Shown here one piece after another: positions 1 through 8,532 of a DNA stretch of 64,000 nt (positions are counted from its first letter, which is position 1; each line of letters opens with the position of its first letter). Location: contig JAEUHN010000036.1 of the NCBI GenBank assembly GCA_016795365.1, forward strand, positions 93,163 through 157,162. The letters run 5' to 3'. Position numbers and translations under genes: made by a program. A model generated the notes under the pieces. That model was not told the origin of the DNA and made no database searches. It was given only the letters and a program-made list of their open reading frames with translations. The DNA is from Verrucomicrobiaceae bacterium. Its GTDB lineage: Bacteria; Verrucomicrobiota; Verrucomicrobiia; Verrucomicrobiales; Verrucomicrobiaceae.

Positions 1-88
1 TCCTCGTTGGGAAGTTGCGCCCTGGAGACCACAAGACGCGTTCAAGTCCCTGCGAGAACAGCGACCCGCTCGCGTTTCAGCGGGCCTC

Positions 89-826
89 ATGAAACTCGCT
101 ACCCTCCTTGCCCTGTCTGCCTTCGGCCTCGCCGCGCAGACCTCCTTTGCCGACGACGCTCTGCTCGCGATCCCTGGAAAGCTGATCCTCGACTCCAAGC
201 TCGACACCGCTCCGGCCGCTCCCTGGAAAACCGCCAAGGGCAAATGGGAAGCGGTGGAAGGCGTGCTCCGCGGCTCCGAACTCGAAGCCGACAAGCACGG
301 TGCCGTGATGCGCGCCACGCAGGACCTCACGGACTGCATTGTGCAAGTGGACGTGAAGTTCGCCGGAGCCCGCACCACCACGCTCACCATCAACGCCAAG
401 AAGGACCACATGGCGCGTGTGGCACTCACGCCCACGATGGTCACCGTCCAGCGCGACGACAACGATCACGAAGGCCCAGACAAGGCCATCATCTTTCACC
501 GCGTGAAGGCGGATCTGAAGCCCGGCGAATGGCACACGGTGCGCATCGAAATGGTGGGCGACACGATGCTCGGCAAGGTGGACAACGTCGTTGGCTACGG
601 CAGCAGCGAACTCTTCACCCAGACCAAGACCGCTCCTGGCGTCACCGTTGGCGGGCAGTCCGTCGAGTTCCGCAACTTCAAGGTCTGGGAGGCCACCAAG
701 AACCCCAAGTGGGATGAAGTAAAGGCCACGATCAAGAACGAAGTCACCCCGCTTGGCGCTCCCGCAGCCGCCAAGGGCAAGGGAAAAGGCAAGGCCGCCA
801 AAGGCAAAGCCAAGGCTTCGAAGTAA
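89..826 (+). CDS. Secreted DUF1080-like (3-keto-disaccharide hydrolase / LamG-like fold) protein with a Lys/Gly-rich C-terminal tail
   Basis: N-terminal signal peptide (MKLATLLALSAFGLAAQTSFA). The body resembles DUF1080 (W..GKWEAVEGVL ... EWHTVRIEMVGDTMLGKVDN). The C-terminus is KGKGKGKAAKGKAKASK. A GC-rich overlapping ORF at 7..717 in another frame is judged spurious. Confidence 0.55.
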   Translation: MKLATLLALSAFGLAAQTSFADDALLAIPGKLILDSKLDTAPAAPWKTAKGKWEAVEGVLRGSELEADKHGAVMRATQDLTDCIVQVDVKFAGARTTTLTINAKKDHMARVALTPTMVTVQRDDNDHEGPDKAIIFHRVKADLKPGEWHTVRIEMVGDTMLGKVDNVVGYGSSELFTQTKTAPGVTVGGQSVEFRNFKVWEATKNPKWDEVKATIKNEVTPLGAPAAAKGKGKGKAAKGKAKASK

Positions 827-939
827 CGCTCTTGTTGTCGTTCACTCAATCGTTAGGCAAAACCTGACGCCTGTTTTTACCAGCCTCAACAGCTCTGCCG
901 CACCCGCGCGCAAAGCTGCTTTTCTTTGCACCCGGTGAC

Positions 940-3009
940 TCACGGAGCCAGCGGCAGATTTGCCGAGACGCGGAAGAACAGATGGGTGCTCACGGGCGGT
1001 GGCAAGGTCATGCCAAGCGTGCTGCCCGTGAGCGGATCGCCGACGGGGCTCCAGTTAACAAGGTCGCTGCTGCAAAGCACCGTGTAGGCGCGGCGATTGG
1101 AGCCGGTCCAGTCGAGGTCGATGTCGCCCGTGGTGGGATTGACGGTGAAGCTGGTGACCTTGAGCTTCTCGTTGCCCACGAAGGGGTTGGTGTCGGCAAT
1201 GTATTCGTCGCGATCACTGATGCCGTCGCCATCGTAGTCGGAGGTGGGCGTGGTGCCGAGGAGGTTGAGATTGTTGCCAAAGAAGCCAGCAGCCAGAGCG
1301 CGCTCGCGTTCCCAGGCGTCCGCGATGCCATCGCCGCTGCCACCGTCAGCGATGGGCTCGGAGTCGGTGCCGGTGGAGATGCGCGTCTTGATGCTGCCGA
1401 GGTGAATCCAGCCGCAGTTCGCCGAGTAAGCGTAGCCGCTGAAAGCTCCGGTGATGAGGTCCACTCGTGGTGGATCAGCGATGGTGGGATCGAAGTAGAT
1501 CCAGCCGATGTTGGCACCGTAGGCATAGCCCGTGAGGCCGCCCGCGCCGTCGTGATTGACGCCAATGTCGCCACCGGTCTGCGTGTAGCTGCCTGTAGAG
1601 CCCGAAGGTGTGCCGTCACCAAGGTCGATCCAGCCGACATTGGCCGAATACACTTTCCCATGCAGCATGGTGGTCTCGATGACCGGTGCATCGACGGCGA
1701 GGGGGCGGGTGCGCCAGTTGAGCCAGCCGAAGTTCGCTGCGTAGGTGTAGCGGGCGGCGGGCGTGATGGTGCTGGTGGAAGGGGCGGCGAGGATGATGTG
1801 AAACTGAAAGCCCCCTTGAATGCTGGTGGGAGTGTAACCCGCGAGCGCCCCGGTCGTATCGACAGCCACCGGAGTATCGCGTTGGGTCGTGGTGCCATCA
1901 CCGACCTCGCCTTGATTATTGAAGCCCCAACACGCGAGGTCGCCATCCGAGGTGAGGGCGAGACTGTTGAAAAGACCAGCCGCAATCGCACTGACGGTTT
2001 TTCCCGAGAGCACGCCCGAGGTGTCCACCGCCACAGCGGTGTTGGACTGAACGACGACTGCTGCATTGCCCAGCATGCCATACTCGTCGGCTCCCCAGGC
2101 ATACACAGTGCCATCGGATGCCAGCGCCAAGCTGTGCGTGTAACCCGCAGCAAGGCTGGTGATGGTCTTGCTCGCAAGGACGCCGGAGACATCCACAGCC
2201 ACGGGCGATGAGCTGCTCGTGGTGGAGCCGTTGCCGAGCTGTCCGCGAAGATTGCTTCCCCATGCGAATAGCATTCCATCGGATGTCAGCACGAGCGAGT
2301 GGGAGGAACCAAAGCTGATCTGCGAAACGACTTTGCCGGAGAGCACGCCCGAGGTGTCCACGGCCACGGGCACATGACGTTCTGTCGTGGTGCCGTCACC
2401 CAGTTGTCCGGAACTGTTGGCTCCCCAGGCATAGACCTTGCCATTGGAGTCCAGCACGGCACTGCACGATTGCCCACCCGCAATCTGAACGATGGTTTTG
2501 CCTGCAAGCACACCCGTCATATCCACAGGCGTCGGCAGAGAGCTGTCCGAGGTGGAGTTGTTGCCGAGTTCGCCGTTCGTGTTCCTGCCCCAGGCAAAAA
2601 GAAGTCCATCGGAGGTGAGTGCGAGGCTGTGATAAGCGCCCGCTGCGACAGCCACCACGGTCTTTCCGAGCAGCGCGCCACTCATGTCCACAGCCACGGG
2701 CGACGGCACCGACGGCACCATGCTCCCATAGCCAAGCTGACCACTCGCGTTCTCACCCCAACCATAAACTTTGCCATCCGAGGTCAGTGCCAGGCAATGA
2801 AAGGCCCAGGAGGAGGTCTTCAAAGAGACGATCGTTTTGCCTGCGAGCACGCCGGAGACATTGGTGGCCGTGGGCGTGCTGCGATCCGTCGTGGTCGAAT
2901 CTCCGAGATTGCCGCCGAGATTGTAGCCCCAGCCAAAGGGCACCGGATCAGCACCCCGAAGCAACGACGACGTCATCAGCGCCGCAAGAATCCATGTGTG
3001 TGTTTTCAT
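940..3009 (-). CDS. Secreted RCC1-repeat (seven-bladed beta-propeller, ATS1-like) protein with a C-terminal GW-repeat/calcium-binding-like region
   Basis: Start chosen at MKTHTWILAALMTSSLL (signal peptide). There are more than 7 repeats of the RCC1 signature (GKVYAWGxNxxGQLGxG...HSLALTSDG). The C-terminal region has YxxANxGWI repeats and a DGDGISDRDEY (thrombospondin type 3-like) motif. Confidence 0.75.
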   Translation of the reverse strand: MKTHTWILAALMTSSLLRGADPVPFGWGYNLGGNLGDSTTTDRSTPTATNVSGVLAGKTIVSLKTSSWAFHCLALTSDGKVYGWGENASGQLGYGSMVPSVPSPVAVDMSGALLGKTVVAVAAGAYHSLALTSDGLLFAWGRNTNGELGNNSTSDSSLPTPVDMTGVLAGKTIVQIAGGQSCSAVLDSNGKVYAWGANSSGQLGDGTTTERHVPVAVDTSGVLSGKVVSQISFGSSHSLVLTSDGMLFAWGSNLRGQLGNGSTTSSSSPVAVDVSGVLASKTITSLAAGYTHSLALASDGTVYAWGADEYGMLGNAAVVVQSNTAVAVDTSGVLSGKTVSAIAAGLFNSLALTSDGDLACWGFNNQGEVGDGTTTQRDTPVAVDTTGALAGYTPTSIQGGFQFHIILAAPSTSTITPAARYTYAANFGWLNWRTRPLAVDAPVIETTMLHGKVYSANVGWIDLGDGTPSGSTGSYTQTGGDIGVNHDGAGGLTGYAYGANIGWIYFDPTIADPPRVDLITGAFSGYAYSANCGWIHLGSIKTRISTGTDSEPIADGGSGDGIADAWERERALAAGFFGNNLNLLGTTPTSDYDGDGISDRDEYIADTNPFVGNEKLKVTSFTVNPTTGDIDLDWTGSNRRAYTVLCSSDLVNWSPVGDPLTGSTLGMTLPPPVSTHLFFRVSANLPLAP

Positions 3010-3029
3010 GGCCGTGAAGGCATGGAGGA

Positions 3030-4439
3030 TTACAGACCGAAGTTCGCGAACGGATTCGAGGCACCGAAGGCCGTCTGAAGGGGCGCAATGCCATTGGCGG
3101 GAGCAGGCGTCACCGGGCCGGCCGTGTTGCCGCGCAAGGTGTTGCGCGTGACGATGTTCTGATCGCTGGCCACTTCCACACCATAGCTGCCATTGGTGGA
3201 CGCACTGCACTGGTCAATGCTGTTGCCGTTGCTGCCGAAGTAGCCGTCACGGACATTGTTTGATGCCACACAGTTTGTTAGGCGGCACTTGTCGCTGAAG
3301 TTGAAGCCATCGCCGGAACCTGGAGGACCGCCGATCTGTCCGGCGGTGCCGTTCTTGTCCGCAGTGCAATGGGTGAACGAGCAATCACTCGTCGCGTGAA
3401 AGCCATCGCCCTTGTTGTCCTGAGCCACGCACTGCACGAAGTTCGTCGCGTTGTTGAGCACGGCAGGACCATTCGGCACAGCGGTGTTCTCCACCCAGAA
3501 TCCATGATCCATGTTGGCCAGGCTGGTGACGTTGTGAAGGGCGCAACCGTTGCGCACATGCACGCCAGGATCGCCGCAGTTAATGGCGCTGCTGTTCATC
3601 AAGGTGCTGCCCTGGTTCAAATCGAAGCCCGTGCTGCCGCAGGTGCGCACCGCACATCCGCTCACACTCGCGCTATGGGCTGCGACGATGCCGCAGCCAG
3701 CGACCAGATTGACCGTGCAATCGACGATGCGCACACTGTCCGTGCCCTGAATGCCAATGCCTCCGATGCCCGTGGCGGTGCATGCATTGATGACGGAAGC
3801 CTCTTCCGCGTAAATACCGCTGTGCGGACCGGGCGGAGGCGACTGGGGGCTCTGCACCCAGTTCCCGCGCACACGGCATTGATCGACGAGGCTGTCGTCA
3901 CCCACCTTGATGCAGTAACTGTCGCCGCCCGAGACATCCACGCCGCTAACCACGCTGTCGTCGCCGAGCTTGACGCCGATCTGCCAGGCACCACGCACGC
4001 GGCCGTTGATCACCTTGGTGCGCACCACCGTGCCAGCCACGCCGCTTTGGGCTTCAATTCCGATGGGACCTGTGCCTGCTCCGGTGTAGCGCACCTCGAA
4101 GCCGCCGAGGTCCAGTGTCACATTGTCCGCCGTAATGAGGATTCGTTTCGTGAGATTCTCTGTTAGGTAGTAGCGGCCCGGCGCATTGAGATTGTAGTAG
4201 CCGATGGAACCATCGAGGTTCGTCTTGCTCGGATCGCGGCTGGGAATGTGTTCGCCCGCGTCGATGTGCATGAGTGTCTTCATGCTCGGGATCGGAGCCA
4301 GGGAAGCATTGAGGGCACGCTCGCTGGGATAGCTGAAGGCGGGTCCTGGAGGCGTGAGCTGTCCCTGGCCAAAAGCGAAGACTGGAAGCACGAGCGAAGC
4401 CGCAAGCACGGCGCGGCGAAGGAGGGATGAGGATTTCAT
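3030..4439 (-). CDS. Secreted right-handed parallel beta-helix (pectin-lyase fold) protein
   Basis: Start at MKSSSLLRRAVLAASLVLPVFAFGQ (signal peptide). Repetitive beta-helix rungs are visible (VTLDLGGFEV, VINGRVRGAWQIGV, NACTATGIGGIGIQGTDSVRIVDCTV, and so on). It is co-oriented with and adjacent to the RCC1 gene. Confidence 0.6.
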   Translation of the reverse strand: MKSSSLLRRAVLAASLVLPVFAFGQGQLTPPGPAFSYPSERALNASLAPIPSMKTLMHIDAGEHIPSRDPSKTNLDGSIGYYNLNAPGRYYLTENLTKRILITADNVTLDLGGFEVRYTGAGTGPIGIEAQSGVAGTVVRTKVINGRVRGAWQIGVKLGDDSVVSGVDVSGGDSYCIKVGDDSLVDQCRVRGNWVQSPQSPPPGPHSGIYAEEASVINACTATGIGGIGIQGTDSVRIVDCTVNLVAGCGIVAAHSASVSGCAVRTCGSTGFDLNQGSTLMNSSAINCGDPGVHVRNGCALHNVTSLANMDHGFWVENTAVPNGPAVLNNATNFVQCVAQDNKGDGFHATSDCSFTHCTADKNGTAGQIGGPPGSGDGFNFSDKCRLTNCVASNNVRDGYFGSNGNSIDQCSASTNGSYGVEVASDQNIVTRNTLRGNTAGPVTPAPANGIAPLQTAFGASNPFANFGL

Positions 4440-4524
4440 GATCGTGAAGGAAGGCGGGTTGAACTGTTGCAACCTCTGTCTTCACGACTGCGGGAGATGA
4501 GTTACACACATCCATCTTCACCCC

Positions 4525-4555
4525 ACAAAAAAGCCGCAGGCTCATCGCCTGCGGC
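4525..4555 (-). terminator. Rho-independent terminator downstream of the SPFH gene
   Basis: GC hairpin GCCGCAGGC-tcatc-GCCTGCGGC (4533-4555). On the minus strand it is followed by a T-run (+ strand aaaaaa at 4527-4532). Confidence 0.5.
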
Positions 4556-4574
4556 TTCCCGAACTCGGACACGA

Positions 4575-6473
4575 CTATGACTTCGGAGCTTCCGACTTCT
4601 TGCTGCCCAGCTCTTCCATCAGACGGAGCCCAAGCAAACCGGACAGGGCTCCATTGTTGTCGCCACCACCGCTGCCACCCGTAATGAGGATGTCGGGGAT
4701 GAGTTTCATCTTCTCGCGACCAAGAGTTTCAGCGATCTTCGTGCGGGTGAAGTTGTCACCGCCCATGGCGCGCACTTGCAGCTCATAGGCCTCAGCGTTG
4801 GCCTTACCGATGGCGAGAATCTTTTCAGCTTCGGCGCTACCGGTCATCTGAATACGCTGGGCCTCAGCACCCGCGATGAGCTTGGTGCGTTCAGCTTCAG
4901 CAGCAGCATTCAGCTTTACGCTGGCCGCGTCACCCTCAGCCTTCTTCACGGTCGAGTCAGCAACGCGCTCAGCAATCTGCACTCCCTGGTCGGCTTCCAC
5001 GATCTGGCGCTGCATGTCAGCGATAGCCGTCTGCTTCTCGAGATCCTGACGAGTCTCCTGCGCCATGCGCTGGGTGTCATACGTGACCTTTTGCTCTTCG
5101 GCGATCTTACGATCGGTCAATGTTTTCATCAGCGACTCCGGCGGCGCGATGTCGCCGATGAGTGTGTCCACGCCGTTCACATCATACTGATCGAGCACGT
5201 GGTTGATGTGCTCCTTGGCACTGGCCTGGCGCTCCTTACGCGTGCTCAAGAAGGCGATCACGTCGCTGTCTTGCGCGCTGTTGCGGAAGTAGTTGCCGAT
5301 GGTCGGTTCGAGCACCTGGGACACGAGGTTGTTCATGTTCCCGAAACGCGCGATCACCTTGCTGGCCTCGGTCATCGGAATGTGGATGATCTGCGAGACA
5401 TCGAGGTTGAACGGGAAACCGTCCTTCGAGCGCACCGTGATCGTGGAGAGATGCTTGTCGAGCTGGTGAGCTTCGCTGCGGGCGTTCGCCCAGTTGAGCA
5501 CAAGGTTGGTCGTGGGCACAAGTTCGACACGCAAGATGTAGCTGTTGAGCGGATACTTGCCGGGTCCGAGAGGCTCGGCCCACACGCCTTTGCATCCCTT
5601 GCGCACGATGTTGCCGTGCTTGAAGTCCACACCGCTGAGGTCCTCGCCTTCATCGCCGTAGTAGCTGATGACGACTCCGACCGAGCCAATGGGAATCTCG
5701 GTCATCGGAATCTCTTCCACATGCACGAACCAGCTGTTGAGAAAGTAGGAGCCTGCGAGGATGACGTGCGGCTGGAGACCACGGCTGCCACCATTGGTGA
5801 GGAAGGCATCTGCGTCCTGGAAGTTGTTGTGCCCCTCGATCATGCGACCAGCGATCTGGCCTTCGGGCAATGGAGCACCATCAAGGGTGGTGACGATGCC
5901 CACCATGTTGTCTTTGATCTGCGTGACCTTGGTGAGGGACACATCAAACAGGAAGGCATTCACACGATAAGTCCCCGGTGTGAGGTAGGCAGCCTGACGT
6001 CCTTTCTGACCTCCATTGCGGAGGAAGGAGTCTGCGTTCTGAAACATGTCGCACTCGACACGGCGGGCAAGCACCGCACCAGCGGGCAGCTCACAACCGT
6101 CCTTCGCCATCACCAAACCAATCGCACCATCGGGGATGACGACGAAGGGTTGCAGCTTGATCTCATACTGCCAGATCCACTTCCAGAAGTAGATGCCGGG
6201 AGCCAGTGTTTGCGCCTGGAAGCCAGCCTCACCTTTGGTGGCGATAATGCGGCCTGCGGGGATTTCTTTGTTCGCACCGATAAGCACGAACTTCTTCGTG
6301 ACGAGACCGATGCGGTCCTCCGGGATGATCACGACGCCAAGCAATTGGAAGATGGGTCGGAAGAAGAGGAAGAGGATCAGTGCGCCAGCGGCGAGCCAGA
6401 TCCAGATCTTGTATTCGGCGAAAATCGATTCCGGTGAAATCGCGCCGAGTAACGGGAGTATCATTGTTTTCAT
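4575..6473 (-). CDS. SPFH/Band-7 (flotillin-like) protein with four ~60-aa N-terminal repeats and a C-terminal coiled-coil
   Basis: N-terminal TM segment. Four internal repeats of the pattern G(L/I)V...G..LP.G.......F.NAD.FL.NGG..G.Q..L.PG.Y. This is followed by an SPFH domain and an Ala/Glu-rich coiled-coil (AEAERTKLIAGAEAQRI). There is no adjacent NfeD gene. Confidence 0.75.
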   Translation of the reverse strand: MKTMILPLLGAISPESIFAEYKIWIWLAAGALILFLFFRPIFQLLGVVIIPEDRIGLVTKKFVLIGANKEIPAGRIIATKGEAGFQAQTLAPGIYFWKWIWQYEIKLQPFVVIPDGAIGLVMAKDGCELPAGAVLARRVECDMFQNADSFLRNGGQKGRQAAYLTPGTYRVNAFLFDVSLTKVTQIKDNMVGIVTTLDGAPLPEGQIAGRMIEGHNNFQDADAFLTNGGSRGLQPHVILAGSYFLNSWFVHVEEIPMTEIPIGSVGVVISYYGDEGEDLSGVDFKHGNIVRKGCKGVWAEPLGPGKYPLNSYILRVELVPTTNLVLNWANARSEAHQLDKHLSTITVRSKDGFPFNLDVSQIIHIPMTEASKVIARFGNMNNLVSQVLEPTIGNYFRNSAQDSDVIAFLSTRKERQASAKEHINHVLDQYDVNGVDTLIGDIAPPESLMKTLTDRKIAEEQKVTYDTQRMAQETRQDLEKQTAIADMQRQIVEADQGVQIAERVADSTVKKAEGDAASVKLNAAAEAERTKLIAGAEAQRIQMTGSAEAEKILAIGKANAEAYELQVRAMGGDNFTRTKIAETLGREKMKLIPDILITGGSGGGDNNGALSGLLGLRLMEELGSKKSEAPKS

Positions 6474-6615
6474 AGGTTGACGGGCTGAGTGTCGTCACAG
6501 GTCACCAGAGGGGGCAATTCTATTCGTTTCGCTTGCGTGGAATGACGAAAGCGCGAGGACGCATCGTGTTGAACGCATGGTTGTGTTCGGCCGCGACTGC
6601 GGCTTTTGTCACCGC

Positions 6616-7551
6616 ATGAAGACTCGTCGCGATCTCCTGAAGCTCTCTATTGGCAGCACCCTCGCTTCCGCTGCCACGCCCGTTCCTGCGGCTTCGCAGC
6701 TCGCCTCGCGTGTCATCGACGTGCACACGCACTTCTATGATCCGGCTCGTCCGCAAGGCGTGCCCTGGCCATCCAAGGGATCGCCGGTGTATCGCCCGGT
6801 GTATCCGAAAGACTGGCTGGCGCAGGCTGGACGATTCGGCATTCGCGAGACGGTCGTGGTGGAAGCAAGTCCGCTGATTGAGGACAACGACTGGATCCTC
6901 AACCTCGCAGAGAAGGAGAAGAGCATCGTCGGTTTCGTGGGCAACGTGTCGCCAACGAGCACGGACTTCGCAACGCAGATCAAACGCCTCGCGAGCAATG
7001 AGCTGTTCCGCGGCATCCGCGTGAACGGCAAGGTCGTCGCCGAGAATATCGACAGCGCCGACTTCATCGCCGCGATGAAGCTCATGGCCGACTCGAATCT
7101 CTCGCTCGATGTAAACGGGCTCTCGAACTTCGATGCTGTCGCGTCGCTCGCGGAGAAAGTCTCCGCCTTGCGCATCGTCATCAATCACTGTGGCAACTGT
7201 GGCGACGCGCAGAAGATCACGACCACATGGAAAGACGGCATCACGGCTTGTGCGCGACGAGCCAACGTCACCTGCAAAGTCTCCGCGCTGATGGAAATGA
7301 CGCAAACGCCGCCCGGCAAGGCCCCCACGGACACCGCTTATTACCAGCCGGTGCTGGACCATCTGTGGGAACGCTTCGGTCAGGATCGCCTACTCTATGC
7401 CAGCAACTGGCCCGTCTCTGACAAAGGCGCGGGCTACGAGGTCATCGTGAAAGTCGCGGGTGAGTTCGCATCGTCGAAAGGCGTTGAGTTCGCCGAGAAG
7501 TTCTTCTGGAAGAACTCGCTCGCGGCTTATCGATGGATCGAGCGGAAGTAG
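6616..7551 (+). CDS. Amidohydrolase-2 family (TIM-barrel metal-dependent hydrolase) with a Tat signal
   Basis: Start at MKTRRDLLKLSIGSTLASAA (twin-arginine motif). A VIDVHTHFYDP metal-binding motif is near the N-terminus. The antisense ORF 6520..7362 is judged spurious. Confidence 0.65.
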   Translation: MKTRRDLLKLSIGSTLASAATPVPAASQLASRVIDVHTHFYDPARPQGVPWPSKGSPVYRPVYPKDWLAQAGRFGIRETVVVEASPLIEDNDWILNLAEKEKSIVGFVGNVSPTSTDFATQIKRLASNELFRGIRVNGKVVAENIDSADFIAAMKLMADSNLSLDVNGLSNFDAVASLAEKVSALRIVINHCGNCGDAQKITTTWKDGITACARRANVTCKVSALMEMTQTPPGKAPTDTAYYQPVLDHLWERFGQDRLLYASNWPVSDKGAGYEVIVKVAGEFASSKGVEFAEKFFWKNSLAAYRWIERK

Positions 7552-7555
7552 CAGT

Positions 7556-8296
7556 TCACGGTAGCTTCCACACCGACCTCAGCGCCTGGTAATCCGCCGC
7601 TGGCAGCAGCACATAGTGCGGCGACGCCTGAGGATTAAGCCAGCGGATCATCGCTTCCAGGTTCTCCACGGCCATCGTGGTGCAGCCAGCACTGGGTTTG
7701 GTCGGGCCGCGACGGACGTGGAAAAAGATCGCGCTGCCATAGCCCGGCGCGGCGGGTGGGGGATTGTGGCGGATCTCCAGCATCCATTTGTAGGCGCTGT
7801 CGCCGAGGCGCATCTTCGCCTTCTCGAACCACGGCGGGATGTTGTTCGGGTCCACGCGCACATGCTGGTTGTAGAGCGGACTGCGCGGGTCGTCGATGAA
7901 GGCATCATACTCGCCCACGCGCACATACGGCCAATTCGCGCCCTTCGGTGGTGAGGCGGCATAGCCAAACAACTGCCCAAGCTGAAACACACCCGCAGGC
8001 GCGCGCCAGTCCTTCTCCACCTTCGGCGGAATGCCGTTCTGCGGCGGAGTGAAAACGCCACGTCCCCAGGCCAGCCCGGAGCGACCGAGCAGCACGGGCC
8101 ACGTCTTGGTAAACACCGGCTGCCACGGTGCCTCAGCCGAGGCGCGCTGGTAGCACTGCATGGTCGCGTTGCTGGCGTTCCAGTCCGGTGCCTGCGCCAC
8201 GATGAGCTGTCGGACTGGGGGACCGACCTGCCCAAAAAGCGGGATTTTTGAAAAACACAGGAGCCCGACCAGCAAAACGAGCGTCCAACGACTCAT
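7556..8296 (-). CDS. L,D-transpeptidase (YkuD)-like periplasmic protein
   Basis: Start at MSRWTLVLLVGLLCF (signal peptide). A His...SAGC(T) catalytic-like motif (FFHVRRGPTKPSAGCTTMA) resembles YkuD H/C active-site spacing. Confidence 0.5.
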   Translation of the reverse strand: MSRWTLVLLVGLLCFSKIPLFGQVGPPVRQLIVAQAPDWNASNATMQCYQRASAEAPWQPVFTKTWPVLLGRSGLAWGRGVFTPPQNGIPPKVEKDWRAPAGVFQLGQLFGYAASPPKGANWPYVRVGEYDAFIDDPRSPLYNQHVRVDPNNIPPWFEKAKMRLGDSAYKWMLEIRHNPPPAAPGYGSAIFFHVRRGPTKPSAGCTTMAVENLEAMIRWLNPQASPHYVLLPAADYQALRSVWKLP

Positions 8297-8532
8297 CGCA
8301 CCCCTCGCCAGGAGCTTGATTTTACAAGGGTTCCGCAGCTTTCTGTGTGGTGTGTGACTTTTTGTTTGCATCTTTTTTCGATTTTTTGCAGCATAGCTCT
8401 ATCAACCCTGTCGGGTTATTCGGCTTCAGGTTTTGGGGGTTTTTTTCCTGAATGTCGACTCGACAGGGTTGCTTTGTTTCTACGTCTCGCGGTCTGCGAG
8501 AAGGCACCCATCCCAGGCGTAATTGCCAGCCC

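Noticed and set aside
7-717. 236-aa ORF overlapping the DUF1080-like gene in another frame
   Set aside because: Arg/His/Gly-rich low-complexity translation typical of an off-frame ORF in high-GC DNA. The overlapping +2 frame has a signal peptide and a coherent domain.
982-2279. 409-aa (+) and 423-aa (-) ORFs inside the RCC1 gene region
   Set aside because: Both are frame-shifted shadows of the RCC1 gene (Ala/Arg/Gly-rich, no motifs). The 940..3009 minus-strand frame carries clear RCC1 repeats.
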